Origin: an uncultured Acidobacteriota bacterium
GTDB lineage: Bacteria; Acidobacteriota; JAQAZP01
Length of the DNA stretch: 64,000 nucleotides
Reading direction: 5' to 3'
Assembly (NCBI GenBank): GCA_963836075.1
Contig: CAWIIB010000001.1
Location: forward strand, 32,001 to 96,000
Under the pieces are notes generated by a model. The model ran no database searches. It saw only the letters and a program-made list of their open reading frames with translations, and was not told where the DNA came from. Made by a program: the position numbers and the translations under genes. Positions 50,923-62,737 of the stretch are shown here, one piece after another (position 1 is the first letter of the stretch; each line of letters starts with the position of its first letter).

Positions 50923-51399
50923 TCAGACCCGGCCCACCTGGCGCAAGGCCTCGTAGACGATCACCGAGACGGCGTTGGAGAGGTTGATGCTGCGCACCGG
51001 GCCGAAGATGGGGATGGCGTAGGTCCGTTCGCGGTTGGCCTCCAGCAGCTCCCCGGGCAGGCCCACCGATTCTTTGCCAAAAACCAGATAGTCGCCTTCG
51101 CGGTAGCTGGCCGAGGTGTAGGAGCGGTCCGCCTTGGAGGAGAAGAAGAAGACCCGCTGGGGGTCGGCGGGGGAGAGGGCCTCTTCCACGGTGTCGTGGT
51201 ATTCCACCCGGATGTGCGGCCAGTAATCCAGCTGGGCCCGCTTGAGGTGCTTGTCGTCGGTGGAGAAGCCGAGCTTGCCCACCAGGTGGAGCATGGCGTG
51301 GGTGGCGGCGCAGACCCGGCCGATGGTCCCGGTGTTCTGGGGGATCTCCGGCTCCACCAGCACCACGTGCAGCAGGGTGGGGGTGGCCTCGCCGCTCAT
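50923..51399 (-). CDS. trmL: tRNA (cytidine(34)-2'-O)-methyltransferase
   Basis: PEIPQNTG, KRAQLDYW, FGKES, RSINLSN. Confidence 0.93.
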   Translation of the reverse strand: MSGEATPTLLHVVLVEPEIPQNTGTIGRVCAATHAMLHLVGKLGFSTDDKHLKRAQLDYWPHIRVEYHDTVEEALSPADPQRVFFFSSKADRSYTSASYREGDYLVFGKESVGLPGELLEANRERTYAIPIFGPVRSINLSNAVSVIVYEALRQVGRV

Positions 51400-52370
51400 C
51401 AGTCGTCGCCGTCCGGGGGGAAGAGTTTGCTCAGGTAGCGTGAGGCGCCGTCAGGGAAGATGGTGACGATCCGTTTCGGCTGCTCGAGGGATCGGGCCAG
51501 TTTCATCACGCCCCAGATGGCGGCGCCGCTCGATCCGCCGGCCATGATCCCTTCCTCGCGGACCAGCCTGCGGGTCCAGTCAAAGGCCTCCTCGTCGCGG
51601 ACCTGGTAGATGTCGTCGATGACGTCGAAATTGATGGTGCCGATGATGAACTCGTCCCCCAGGCCCTCCACCTGGTAGGGCCGGGAGGGCACCAGCTTCC
51701 CGGTGTGGAAGTAGTCGTGGAACACCGAGCCCAGCGGGTCGACGGCGATGACCCGGATCTTCGGGTCCTGTTCCTTGAGAAAGCGGGCCGCCCCGCAGAG
51801 GGTGCCTCCGGTGCCGATGCCGGCCACCAGGTAGTCGATCCGCCCCTCCATCTGGGACCAGATCTCGGGCCCGGTGGTGTGGTAGTGGGCGTCGTTGTTC
51901 TCCCGGTTGTTGTGCTGGTCGGGGAAATAGCAGCCCGGCGTGTCGGCCACCAGGTGCGGGGTGATGTTGTTGTAACTGTCCGGTTCATCGGGGTGGATGG
52001 TGCTGTCCACCTGGTGGACCTCCACCCCCAGGGCGCGGAGCTGGCTGATTTTTTCCGGGCTGATGCTGTCCCGCACCACCACTTTCAGCCGGTAGCCCTT
52101 CTGGATGGCCACCATGGCCAGGCCCAGGGCGGTGTTTCCCGAGGAATTTTCGATGATCAACTGGCCGTCCCGCAGCCGCCCGTCCTCCTCGGCCTTCTCG
52201 ATCATGTATTTGGCCACCCGGTCCTTGACGCTGCCCATGGGGTTGAGGAATTCGAGCTTGGCGTAGACCGGGGAGGCCAGGTCACCGGTGATCCGGTTCA
52301 ACCGGACCAGGGGCGTACGGCCCACCGCGTCGAGGATGCTCTCCAGTTTTCCTGCGCTACGCTGGTCCAT
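51399..52370 (-). CDS. Cysteine synthase / cystathionine beta-synthase family PLP enzyme
   Basis: VGRTPLV, NPMGSVKDR, SSGNT, GIGTGGT, VEGLG. Confidence 0.9.
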   Translation of the reverse strand: MDQRSAGKLESILDAVGRTPLVRLNRITGDLASPVYAKLEFLNPMGSVKDRVAKYMIEKAEEDGRLRDGQLIIENSSGNTALGLAMVAIQKGYRLKVVVRDSISPEKISQLRALGVEVHQVDSTIHPDEPDSYNNITPHLVADTPGCYFPDQHNNRENNDAHYHTTGPEIWSQMEGRIDYLVAGIGTGGTLCGAARFLKEQDPKIRVIAVDPLGSVFHDYFHTGKLVPSRPYQVEGLGDEFIIGTINFDVIDDIYQVRDEEAFDWTRRLVREEGIMAGGSSGAAIWGVMKLARSLEQPKRIVTIFPDGASRYLSKLFPPDGDD

Positions 52371-52443
52371 TGTCGTCTTGTTCACCGGGAGATCTTGGAA
52401 AATCGGCAGTGAAATGTTAGGATCTTTCGCGGTCAAATCCCTG

Positions 52444-52782
52444 TCAGTCGGCAGCCTTCTCCGGCGAGGTGACGGTCTGGACGATCCAGTCGAGGTATTC
52501 GGGGCAGCCGTTTTCGAGATCGAGGGCGATGCACTCCGGCAGATCGTAGGAGTGCAGTTCGCGAATAACGGCGTGGATTTCCTCGAATTTATCGGGTATG
52601 GACTTGATGACCAGCAGCAGTTCCTCGTCGTCACAGACCTCATCCTTCCAGAAATAGATGGAACGGATGGCGGGGATGATGTTTACACAGGCGGATAGTT
52701 TCTTGTGAACGAGTTCTTCGGCGATGGAGATGGCCTGCTCTTCGGAGCCGACCGTGGTCAGGATGATGCAGGCGTTGCTCAT
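52444..52782 (-). CDS. cutA: Divalent-cation tolerance protein CutA
   Basis: LSACVN, SIYFWK, LHSYDLPE, YLDWI. Confidence 0.92.
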   Translation of the reverse strand: MSNACIILTTVGSEEQAISIAEELVHKKLSACVNIIPAIRSIYFWKDEVCDDEELLLVIKSIPDKFEEIHAVIRELHSYDLPECIALDLENGCPEYLDWIVQTVTSPEKAAD

Positions 52783-52815
52783 GCAATCCTCGTGAAGCGA
52801 AGGAAAACGAAATGG

Positions 52816-52844
52816 AGTATAGGAAACGGTTGGTAGGTTGTCAA
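52816..52844 (-). promoter_or_regulatory. Sigma70 promoter of cutA
   Basis: TTGACA-17 bp-TATACT on the minus strand. Confidence 0.7.
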
Positions 52845-52871
52845 GAAAGCCCGTATTCACCCCGTCAGGCA

Positions 52872-54728
52872 GTGGGTGGTTCCCGGCACGTCACGGAGGG
52901 GGCGCTGCGGGCCGCTCTGCTCAGTGTGATTTTTGTGCTGTGCTGCTTCCCCGCTGTCCTGGCCCAGGACTTCGATGTCGATCCGGTGGCCATCACCGGC
53001 GTGGCATCGCCTGAGCGGCTCGCTCCCGGAGACAGCCTGCAGCTGGTCTTCACCGTGAAGATCGAGAACGATTACTACCTCTACCAGGACAAGGTTACCC
53101 TGGCCCTCAAGGAGGCCGAGGGCTTCATCGCCGGCGAACCGGTCTTGCCCGAAGCGGACACCAAGTTCGACAAGATCATGGAGCAGGAGGTCTCGATCTA
53201 CCAGGGCCAGGTGATTTTTCGGCTGCCGGTGGCCGCCGGGTCCGGCGTGGCTGACGGGCCGGTGACCCTCACCGGGGTGCTGGGGTTCCAGACCTGCACC
53301 GAATCCTACTGCCTGATGCCCACCACCGTGGACGTCCCGGTGGAGATCACCATTGACCCCGCCGCCACAGCGGCGCTGCAAACCGCGGCCGGCAGCGGCG
53401 CGGCCGATCTGGCCGCACCCGAAGATAACGCGGAGGGCCTGCAGGGCGCCCTGGACCAGGACAACCTCTTCCTGGCCCTGCTCTTCTGTTTCCTCGGCGG
53501 CATCGCCGCCTCGCTCACCCCCTGCGTCTATCCCATGATCCCGATCACCATCAGCGTCATCGGGGCCAAGTCCGCCGGCGGCAAGCTCAAGGGCTTCATC
53601 CTCTCGCTTTTTTATGTCCTGGGAATCGCCATCACCTACGCGGTGGCCGGCATGGCCGCCGCCAAAACCGGCGCTGTGTTCGGCACCATCCTGCAGAACC
53701 CCTGGGTTGTGGGCGGCATCGCCGCCGTCTTCGTCGTGATGGCCTTTGCCATGTTCGGCGCCTTCGAGCTCCAGGTGCCCACCTCGGTCTCCACCAAGCT
53801 GGGGGGCTACCAGGGCAAGGGTGTCTTTGGCGTGCTGGTGATGGGGGCGATCACCGGTCTGGTGGCCTCGCCCTGCGTGGGGCCGGTGCTGGTGGTGCTG
53901 CTGACCTACGTGGCCCAGAGCCAGTCGATGCTCCTCGGCTTCCTGCTGCTCTTCACCTTTGCCATCGGCATGGGGCTGCTGTTCATCGTCATCGGGACGT
54001 TCAGCGGGATTCTGGTCAACCTGCCCAAGTCGGGCACCTGGATGGTCGCGGTGCGCAACATCTTCGGGGTGCTGATGATCCTGGTGGCCTTCTACTACAT
54101 CCGCCCGCTGACCCCGGACGGGGTCTTTGCCCCGCTGCTGGGGCTGTTCCTGCTGCTCACCGGTCTGGTCACCGGCTGGCCCGGCAGCGCTGCTGAGCCG
54201 CCCATGGGGATCGGGCAGGTCTGGGCCAGGGGCTTTCGCAAGACCATCGGCGTCCTGGGAGTGCTGGTGGGCGCCTACCTGATCATCGGGACCCTGCTGG
54301 TCCACGGCTTTATTTTGCCGCCGATGAACCTTTCCGGGCCTGGTCTCTCAGCGGCCGGGGCCGCGGAGGCTGCGGACCAGGGGGTGGACTGGCTGCACGG
54401 CGAGGCCGAGGCGCTGGAGCGGGCCGCCGAAGAGGGCAAGCCGCTGATCATCGATTTCACCGCCGACTGGTGCGCCGCCTGCAAGGAACTGGAGGCCTTC
54501 ACCTTCTCCACGCCCGAAGTGCAGGCGGAGCTGGAGCGCTTCGTCAGCGCCAAGATCGACTTCACCACCAGCACCGACGAGGTCAAGCGGTTGTCCGCGA
54601 AATACAATATCAGGGGGCTGCCCCTGATCGTGTTCTACGACAGTTCGGGGAACCTGGTGCAGGAGCAGCGGGTCATCGGGTTTATCGACAAGGACCGGAT
54701 GCTGGAGATTCTCCAGGGAATACAGTAA
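52872..54728 (+). CDS. dsbD: Thiol:disulfide interchange protein DsbD (start uncertain)
   Basis: YYLY, QTCTESYCLMP, LTPCVYPMIP, SPCVGP, DFTADWCAACK. Confidence 0.93.
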   Translation: MGGSRHVTEGALRAALLSVIFVLCCFPAVLAQDFDVDPVAITGVASPERLAPGDSLQLVFTVKIENDYYLYQDKVTLALKEAEGFIAGEPVLPEADTKFDKIMEQEVSIYQGQVIFRLPVAAGSGVADGPVTLTGVLGFQTCTESYCLMPTTVDVPVEITIDPAATAALQTAAGSGAADLAAPEDNAEGLQGALDQDNLFLALLFCFLGGIAASLTPCVYPMIPITISVIGAKSAGGKLKGFILSLFYVLGIAITYAVAGMAAAKTGAVFGTILQNPWVVGGIAAVFVVMAFAMFGAFELQVPTSVSTKLGGYQGKGVFGVLVMGAITGLVASPCVGPVLVVLLTYVAQSQSMLLGFLLLFTFAIGMGLLFIVIGTFSGILVNLPKSGTWMVAVRNIFGVLMILVAFYYIRPLTPDGVFAPLLGLFLLLTGLVTGWPGSAAEPPMGIGQVWARGFRKTIGVLGVLVGAYLIIGTLLVHGFILPPMNLSGPGLSAAGAAEAADQGVDWLHGEAEALERAAEEGKPLIIDFTADWCAACKELEAFTFSTPEVQAELERFVSAKIDFTTSTDEVKRLSAKYNIRGLPLIVFYDSSGNLVQEQRVIGFIDKDRMLEILQGIQ

Positions 54729-54759
54729 CGAACCCCGGCGGTCCGGCGAGGCAGTTCCC

Positions 54760-56175
54760 ATGAACGAACCGATCACTTTCGGCACATCGGGGTGGCGCGG
54801 CGTCATCGGCCGGGACTTCACCTTCCGCAACGTGCGGCTGGTGGTCCAGGCCATCGCCAACCTGATGGAGAAGAACGGAGACGGCGGTTCGGGGGTGGTC
54901 ATCGGCTATGACACCCGCTTCCTCTCCGAGCACTTCGCCCGTGAGGCGTCAAGTGTTTTCTCGCACAACAAGGTCCACTCGTTTCTCTGCGAGCGGGACA
55001 CCCCTTCGCCGGTGATCTCCTTTGAAACGCTGCGCCGCCGGGCCCACGGGGCGGTGAATTTCACCGCCAGCCACAACCCGCCGCAGTACCAGGGTCTGCG
55101 ATTTTCCGGCGCCGACGGCGCACCGGCCCTGCCCGAGATCACCGAGGCCGTGGAGCGGGAACTCCGCGTGCTGGAGAAATTCCTGCAGTTCGACGGCTAC
55201 TACCCCGAGCTGGAGTACGTCAAACTGGTGGACCCCCACCTCCACTACATCGAATCGATTTCCAGCCTGGTGGACTTGCCGCTGATCGCACAGAGCGGCC
55301 TGACCTTTGCCGTGGACCCGATGTTCGGTACCGCCCGGGACTACCTGGACCACATCCTGCTGGATAAACAGTGCCGGGTGACGGTGATCCACAACTACCG
55401 CGACCCGTACCTCGGAGGGTATCTCTCGGGCACCAAGGCGGGAAACCTCAAGGAACTGCGCCAGCTGGTCAAGGAGCAATCGATCGACCTGGGGCTGGCC
55501 ACCGACGTCGACGCCGACCGCTTCGGTATCGTCGATCGCGGGGGCCGCTTCGTCACGGCCAACCAGATTCTGGCCCTGCTGCTGGACTACCTGCTGGAAA
55601 CGCGGCAGTGGAAGGGGGAGGTGGCCCGCACCGTGGCCACTTCGCACCTGCTGGACCGGGTGGCGGCCAAGCACGGCTGCACGGTGACCGAAACACCGGT
55701 GGGTTTCAAGTATATCGGCAGCCTGTTTCACAGCCACAAGCTCGTCTTTGGCGGTGAGGAGAGTTCGGGGTTGACCATCCGCGGGCACCTTCCGGAAAAG
55801 GACGGTATTCTGGCCTGCCTGCTGGTGGCCGAAATGATGGCTGCCCGGGGTGGGCAGAGCCTGACCAGCATGCTCAAAACGCTGCACCAGGAAGTGGGGC
55901 CGCTGCACAGCGTGCGCACCCATTTCAACCTCACCGCGCGGCTGAAGGAACGGCTGGTGCGCAAGCTGCGCCGCCCGCCCCGAACCTTCAACGGCCGCAA
56001 GGTGGCCGGGGTGGTGGACCTTGACGGGATCAAACTGCTGCTGGACGACGGCAGCTGGTTCCTGATGCGGTTTTCGGGTACCGAACCGCTGGTGCGCTGT
56101 TATGGCGAAGCGGCCAGCCGCGGTGAACTGCGAACGCTGATGAACTGGGGCCGCGAGTACATTTTCAAATCCTGA
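54760..56175 (+). CDS. Phosphoglucomutase/phosphomannomutase family protein
   Basis: FGTSGWR, TASHNP, DVDADR, GEESSG, RFSGTEP. Confidence 0.92.
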   Translation: MNEPITFGTSGWRGVIGRDFTFRNVRLVVQAIANLMEKNGDGGSGVVIGYDTRFLSEHFAREASSVFSHNKVHSFLCERDTPSPVISFETLRRRAHGAVNFTASHNPPQYQGLRFSGADGAPALPEITEAVERELRVLEKFLQFDGYYPELEYVKLVDPHLHYIESISSLVDLPLIAQSGLTFAVDPMFGTARDYLDHILLDKQCRVTVIHNYRDPYLGGYLSGTKAGNLKELRQLVKEQSIDLGLATDVDADRFGIVDRGGRFVTANQILALLLDYLLETRQWKGEVARTVATSHLLDRVAAKHGCTVTETPVGFKYIGSLFHSHKLVFGGEESSGLTIRGHLPEKDGILACLLVAEMMAARGGQSLTSMLKTLHQEVGPLHSVRTHFNLTARLKERLVRKLRRPPRTFNGRKVAGVVDLDGIKLLLDDGSWFLMRFSGTEPLVRCYGEAASRGELRTLMNWGREYIFKS

Positions 56176-57519
<1,344 letters not shown>

Positions 57520-57530
57520 CAGGTCCCGTT

Positions 57531-57957
57531 GATGGAGGTGCTACGGATGGCGCGACGCGGACAGGTGACGCTGAAGCGAAAACCGCAGAAGCTGCCCGTC
57601 TGGTTCAAGCTGCTCCTGGTGACCATCGGCCTGGCTTCGGTATCCCTGCTGGTCACCGCGGTGGTGGGCCGGGACGGCCTGCTGGATCTGCAGCGGCAGC
57701 AGGAGCGCCACCAGCGTTTGCGGCTGGAGGTGCTGGAACAGCAGGACCGTCTGGACCGACTGGAGGCGGAGGCCCGGGCCGGCCAGGACGATCAGCCGCT
57801 GCAGGAGAAGATCGCCCGCGAGGAGCTGGACCTGGTCCGCGAAGGCGAAATCGTCTACCGTCTGCACACCGCAGAGCCCACTCCGCCGGACCTCGAGGCC
57901 CGGGGGCCGGCCGATGTTGCGGGGGCAGCCCCCCCGGTGGCCGGTCCTGTTGACTGA
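57531..57957 (+). CDS. ftsB: Septum formation initiator FtsB/DivIC
   Basis: TM, GRDGL, coiled coil, EKIAREELDLVREGEIVY; lies directly after eno. Confidence 0.8.
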
Positions 57958-58036
57958 CCGGGGCGAAGGTGGTAAAGTCTGGCCTCGATCGTCGGAAAAC
58001 GGTCGAAAAACGGCGCCACGGAGGCGCTGTTCCTGA

Positions 58037-58113
<77 letters not shown>

Positions 58114-58123
58114 CGCATTGATC

Positions 58124-58160
58124 ATCGGCTCCCGGTTTCGGCCGGGAGCCGATTTTTTTT
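58124..58160 (+). terminator. Intrinsic terminator after the tRNA
   Basis: ATCGGCTCCCGGT-TTCG-GCCGGGAGCCGAT followed by a T run. Confidence 0.85.
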
Positions 58161-58286
58161 GGCCCGGAGCGGCTCGTGATATAATTGCGGGGTCCGAATG
58201 AGCACTGGATGATGAACGGGCCGGCCGGGAGGAAACCGGGCCGGCCTTTCCAGGTATATGACGCCGGCGGGGCGAGGGGGGAGCAG

Positions 58287-59366
58287 ATGAACCAGGTTAC
58301 TGAAAAGAAGCAGATCTTCTTTCCTGGACGGGCGATGTTCGAAGTGACCAAGCGCTGTGCCCAGCGCTGTGTCCACTGTTACATCGACGATTTCTCCGGG
58401 GAGGGGGAGCTGAACACCGCGGAGGCGAAGAGCGTCCTGCGGCAACTCTTCGAACTGAACTGCCTCGAAGTGACCTTCACCGGCGGCGAAGTGTTCATGC
58501 GCAAAGACTTCATGGAACTGCTGAACTACGCCCGTGAACTGCACTTCTCCATCGTCATCTATACCGAAGCCAACCTGATCAACGAGGAGATCGCTGACCA
58601 GCTCAAGGCGGTGAGCCCCTGGCGGGTGGAGGTGACCCTGCTGGGACACGACGCCGAATTGCACGACAAGCTGACCCAGGTCAAGGGGTCGTTCGCCCGT
58701 TCGTTGAAGGGGATCCGGCTGATGCTGGAACGGGGCATCAACGTCAAGGGCAAGACCATCCTGATGAAGGACAACATCGAGAGCTACCCCAGGATCCGGG
58801 AGCTCTTCGAGGAGCTGGGCGTGACCCATTTCGCCGATCCGCTGGTGACGCCGAAGACCGGGGGGGACTGCAGCGTGACCGACCGGCGAATCGAGAAGGA
58901 CGACATGAAAGCGCTGCTGGGTGACGAGAGCATCGCCCCGGGCACGATCATGCTCGGCACCTCGATGTACTCCGACGCCATGAACCAGTCGCGGGACATG
59001 CCGATGTGCAAGGCCGGTCTGAGTTTCGTGCACATCGACGCCGACGGCAGCGTCCTGCCCTGCGTGGCCCTGCCGGTGTCGGCGGGGAACATCCGCCAGC
59101 AGCCGCTGCGCGAGATCTGGGACAACTCCGAGCTGTTTCAGAAGCTGCGCAAGACCACGATGAAGGACCTGGACACCTGTTCGGACTGCGACCTCTACGT
59201 GCTCTGCTACCGCTGCCCGGGGTTGGCCCTGCTGGAAGACGGCGACATGTTCGGGCCCTCGCGCTCGGGGTGCCAGAACGCCGAAATCAAACGTGAGCTT
59301 CAACTGGAGCGGAAAGCCCGCGAAGAAGAGTCGGGGCCCAAGGGGGGCGAAGCTGCCGGCGAGTGA
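58287..59366 (+). CDS. Radical SAM/SPASM domain protein
   Basis: CAQRCVHC, FTGGE; SPASM CKAG...DGSVLPC...GNI...CSDCDLYVLCYRCPG...C. Confidence 0.9.
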   Translation: MNQVTEKKQIFFPGRAMFEVTKRCAQRCVHCYIDDFSGEGELNTAEAKSVLRQLFELNCLEVTFTGGEVFMRKDFMELLNYARELHFSIVIYTEANLINEEIADQLKAVSPWRVEVTLLGHDAELHDKLTQVKGSFARSLKGIRLMLERGINVKGKTILMKDNIESYPRIRELFEELGVTHFADPLVTPKTGGDCSVTDRRIEKDDMKALLGDESIAPGTIMLGTSMYSDAMNQSRDMPMCKAGLSFVHIDADGSVLPCVALPVSAGNIRQQPLREIWDNSELFQKLRKTTMKDLDTCSDCDLYVLCYRCPGLALLEDGDMFGPSRSGCQNAEIKRELQLERKAREEESGPKGGEAAGE

Positions 59367-59368
59367 GT

Positions 59369-62296
59369 TCAGCTTGTGGTGCCGGGCGTTGCGGAGCGGT
59401 GGATCGATTCCGCCACCAGATTGAGCACTTCCTTGAGCTGGAACGGTTTGCGGATCACCTTGTCGATTCCGGCGGCATTCATTTCATCGGGGTCCATTTC
59501 CAGCCCCCAGCCGGTGATCAGGATCGCCGGCATATCCGGTTTTTCCTTTTTCACCTGTTTCAACACTTCCAGGCCGCTGATCCCGGGCATGCTCAGGTCG
59601 GAAATCACCATGTCAAAGCGCTCCTGGCGCATCAGCTCCAGCCCTTTCATTCCGTCCGCGGCCGTCTTCACCTGGTGGTTGCCGATCTTGAGGATGTCAG
59701 CCAGCGCGTTGCGCATCACCTCTTCGTCATCGATGACCAGGATCGAGGAGGGCCCCTGCTCGGCCAGGGGGCGCTGCACCTGAGACGGGCCGGCTTCCGC
59801 CGCCGGCCCTTCCCGCACCGGCAGGTGGACGACGATGGTGGTTCCCGCATCCGGGCTGCTGCTGACCTGGATCTCACCCTTGTGCCGCGAGATGATCCCG
59901 TAGACCATGCTCATTCCCAGGCCGCTGCCCTGGGGGCCCTTGGTGGTGAAGAACGGCTCGAAGATCCGCTGGCGGACCTCTTCGGGCATGCCGCAGCCAT
60001 TGTCCCGGAAGGTCAGGGTGATGGATGAGCGGTCGGTCTCGCTCTTCACGGTGAGCTTGCCGTTCTCCGGCATGGCGTCGATGGAGTTGATCAGGATGTT
60101 GAAGAAGCCTTCGCGCAACTCGGCGGCATTGCCCTGGACCGGCGGCAGTTTCCGGCGGTCGCGGGTCAGCTCAATCTTGATGTTCTGGGTCTGGGCCCGG
60201 GAGTTGATCAGCTCCAGTGCTTCGGCCAGCACCGGCTCCACGTCGATCATCTCCAGGCTGCGGTCGCGCCTGATGCGGGTGAACTCCTGCAGACGTTTGA
60301 CCTTTTCCGCCCCTTCAACGGTCAACCGTTCGATAATCGTGAGTTTGCCGGCAATGGCCTTGTTTTCCTCCTGGCTCAGCAGCAGCTGGACGTTGCCCAG
60401 AATGGCCCCGAGGAGATTGTTGAAGTCGTGGGCCACGCTGCCCGCCATCTCGCCCAGGGCGCGCAGGCGTTCGATCTGGATCAGGTTCTGCTCCAGCTTC
60501 TTGCGCAGGGTGATGTCTTCCACGATGCCGATCAGGCCGGTGGTCTCCTTGCCTTCCTGGGGCACGATCTGGACCCGCAGGACGTAGTCCCGGCCCGACG
60601 GCGATACGTAGCTCAGCCCGGTGAGCTCGAACGGTTTGCCGGTGCGCAGGCTGGTCAGCAGTTCCTTGTCCAGTCCACTTCTGGTCACCGAGGGCAGTTG
60701 GAGGACGTTGACCACCCGGGGGTCTTCCACCTCGCGGAGTTCGGCGATGGAGAGGAAGACCGGGTTTGCGCTGGTCAGATATCCTTCCATGTCGATGGAG
60801 AAGAGGCCGATGGGCGCCTTCTTCAGGATCTCCTGGCTGAAATCAGTGCGCTCCTCGGCGCGGGAACTGGTGGTGCGCTGCTGTTCGATCTGCAGGCTGG
60901 CCCGGGCCAGCTCGTCCCGGAACCGCTCGTCCTGAATGATCCGTTCCAGGGTGCGCCGGCAGAGACCCAGCAGTTGCCCCCGCAGCTTGCTGCGCTCCAG
61001 TTCGAGGCTGGCCGGAACCGGTGCTGCAGCGTCATCGGTATCCCACAGCGCCAGGGTCACGGCGGGAAACCCGTCGATGGCCAGGGCGTCGGCGTGCCGG
61101 AAACGCAGACCGGGCCGGTGGAGCCTGAGCTCACCTCCGCCGGGCCGGACCACCATCTCTCCATCGTCGGTACGGCGTGCCTCCAGGTCGGGTGCGCCAT
61201 CGTCTTCCGGGGATGATGTGACCGCGACTCGCGCGTATTTCAGCGAACGGATCAGGTATCCGCTGACCAGGCGCAGGGTCTCTTCGGCTTCCCGGCAGCC
61301 GGCCAGTTCCGCGGCCAGTTCCAGGAGGTCGGTGCGGATGCCGGGGTCGGCCACGGTTCGCCGCTGCCGCCGGGCCGCAGAGGTGTTGATTCGACCCAGT
61401 TCGAAGTTGGCCTGTTGCAGCACCTCGAGCGTGACTTCCCTGGAGGGGCTGATGTCGGTGACCGTGACCATCCGCTCCATCGATTGGCGCCAGCGCTGGA
61501 GCGCGGTGCGCCCCTCATCCAGCGAAAGCCCGATGATGGAAAAGTCCTGCTCGGTGAGTGCCGGCCGGGGGTCCACGGCGACACAGCCCATGTCGAACTG
61601 GTAGGAAATGCGATTGGCCAGGTAGACGATCCTGCTGATCGAACTGACCGGGCTGCCCGGTTCGTCGTCGAACCCGGTGTGGTGCCGGGCCACGCTCTGC
61701 ACGATGGTGGCCGGCAGGTGGCAGGTGGAGAGCAACCGGGCCCCCAGTTCGGCGTGGTCCACGCCCAGGGACTTGCGCTCACCGATGACCTCGGCCAGGC
61801 GGTCGCCCTGCAACCGCGCACCGCCTTCGGCATTGCGGTTGGGGTAGCGGAAGCGGATCACCAGCTTGCCCACATCGTGGAACAGACCGGCCAGATAGGC
61901 CGGCCCGGCCAGTTCCGGCGCGTTCTCGCCGCAGAGCATGGAGGCCAGACGGGCCACCGCCTGGCTGTGGTTCCAGAAACGGATCAGGTCCAGCCGGCGG
62001 CCAAAGATGCCCGCGCTGTCCGAGGGGATGAAGGGCAGCCCCAGCAGCAGCGGGCGCAGGCTTTTGATTCCCAGCAGATTGGCTGCTTCCTTGAGGTTGT
62101 CCACCTGCCCCGACCGGCCGTACGCTCTGGAATTGGCTTCGCGGAGCACCAGCAGGGCGGCGGCCGGATCGCGGGAGACCAGGCTGCGCAGCGATTCCAT
62201 GGTGCAGTCGCCGGAGAGCGAGTGCTCCTTGATCGCCATGCCGAGGGAAGGGAGGGTGGGCAGGTCCTCTGAACTGCTGATGACCCAGTTTTTCAT
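59369..62296 (-). CDS. HDOD + PAS + histidine kinase + receiver hybrid protein
   Basis: LPTLP, FWNHS, GLFHDVGK, GVDHAELG (HDOD); AHDFNNLL; FEPFFTTK, GSGLGMS; VIDDE...KPF. Confidence 0.9.
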   Translation of the reverse strand: MKNWVISSSEDLPTLPSLGMAIKEHSLSGDCTMESLRSLVSRDPAAALLVLREANSRAYGRSGQVDNLKEAANLLGIKSLRPLLLGLPFIPSDSAGIFGRRLDLIRFWNHSQAVARLASMLCGENAPELAGPAYLAGLFHDVGKLVIRFRYPNRNAEGGARLQGDRLAEVIGERKSLGVDHAELGARLLSTCHLPATIVQSVARHHTGFDDEPGSPVSSISRIVYLANRISYQFDMGCVAVDPRPALTEQDFSIIGLSLDEGRTALQRWRQSMERMVTVTDISPSREVTLEVLQQANFELGRINTSAARRQRRTVADPGIRTDLLELAAELAGCREAEETLRLVSGYLIRSLKYARVAVTSSPEDDGAPDLEARRTDDGEMVVRPGGGELRLHRPGLRFRHADALAIDGFPAVTLALWDTDDAAAPVPASLELERSKLRGQLLGLCRRTLERIIQDERFRDELARASLQIEQQRTTSSRAEERTDFSQEILKKAPIGLFSIDMEGYLTSANPVFLSIAELREVEDPRVVNVLQLPSVTRSGLDKELLTSLRTGKPFELTGLSYVSPSGRDYVLRVQIVPQEGKETTGLIGIVEDITLRKKLEQNLIQIERLRALGEMAGSVAHDFNNLLGAILGNVQLLLSQEENKAIAGKLTIIERLTVEGAEKVKRLQEFTRIRRDRSLEMIDVEPVLAEALELINSRAQTQNIKIELTRDRRKLPPVQGNAAELREGFFNILINSIDAMPENGKLTVKSETDRSSITLTFRDNGCGMPEEVRQRIFEPFFTTKGPQGSGLGMSMVYGIISRHKGEIQVSSSPDAGTTIVVHLPVREGPAAEAGPSQVQRPLAEQGPSSILVIDDEEVMRNALADILKIGNHQVKTAADGMKGLELMRQERFDMVISDLSMPGISGLEVLKQVKKEKPDMPAILITGWGLEMDPDEMNAAGIDKVIRKPFQLKEVLNLVAESIHRSATPGTTS

Positions 62297-62737
62297 GGTA
62301 GAACTGCGAGACATCCGCTCCGAGACGGTTTCAGCGCTACGCCCGAAAACCGGCAGACGGTGGCGGTGTGGTGGGCAGCCTCAGCTAATTCCTTTACCAT
62401 CAATCGGCTGCCGCAATTGCACTTTCTGAAATTTAACACCTCGAGCCACAAAAGGCAAGTCCGCGGTTGTTCTTTTCCGCCGGACAAAAGCGGCCGGAAA
62501 GGACGGCTGTATACCTTCAGCTGGGTCGATGTGATCATGATCTGTGAGCAGTACCCGTGAATAAAATCCCGGTATCCGGGTGAGTCTCAGCGCTTGAATC
62601 TGTGTGAATGAACCGCCCCTTCCAGCCAGGTAAGGTATCGGCACCATGGAACGTGTTCTTGAGTCGGTGGGAATGCCGGCGGAGGTGCGGGGGCAGGGGA
62701 GTGGGGCCCGGTATTCACCGGGCCGTTACCGGCCGCG

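Noticed and set aside
62450-62515. GGCAA-GTCCG...CGGAC-AAAAGC resembling a c-di-GMP-I riboswitch
   Set aside because: Wrong strand for the adjacent gene, and lacks the GNRA loop/receptor arrangement.
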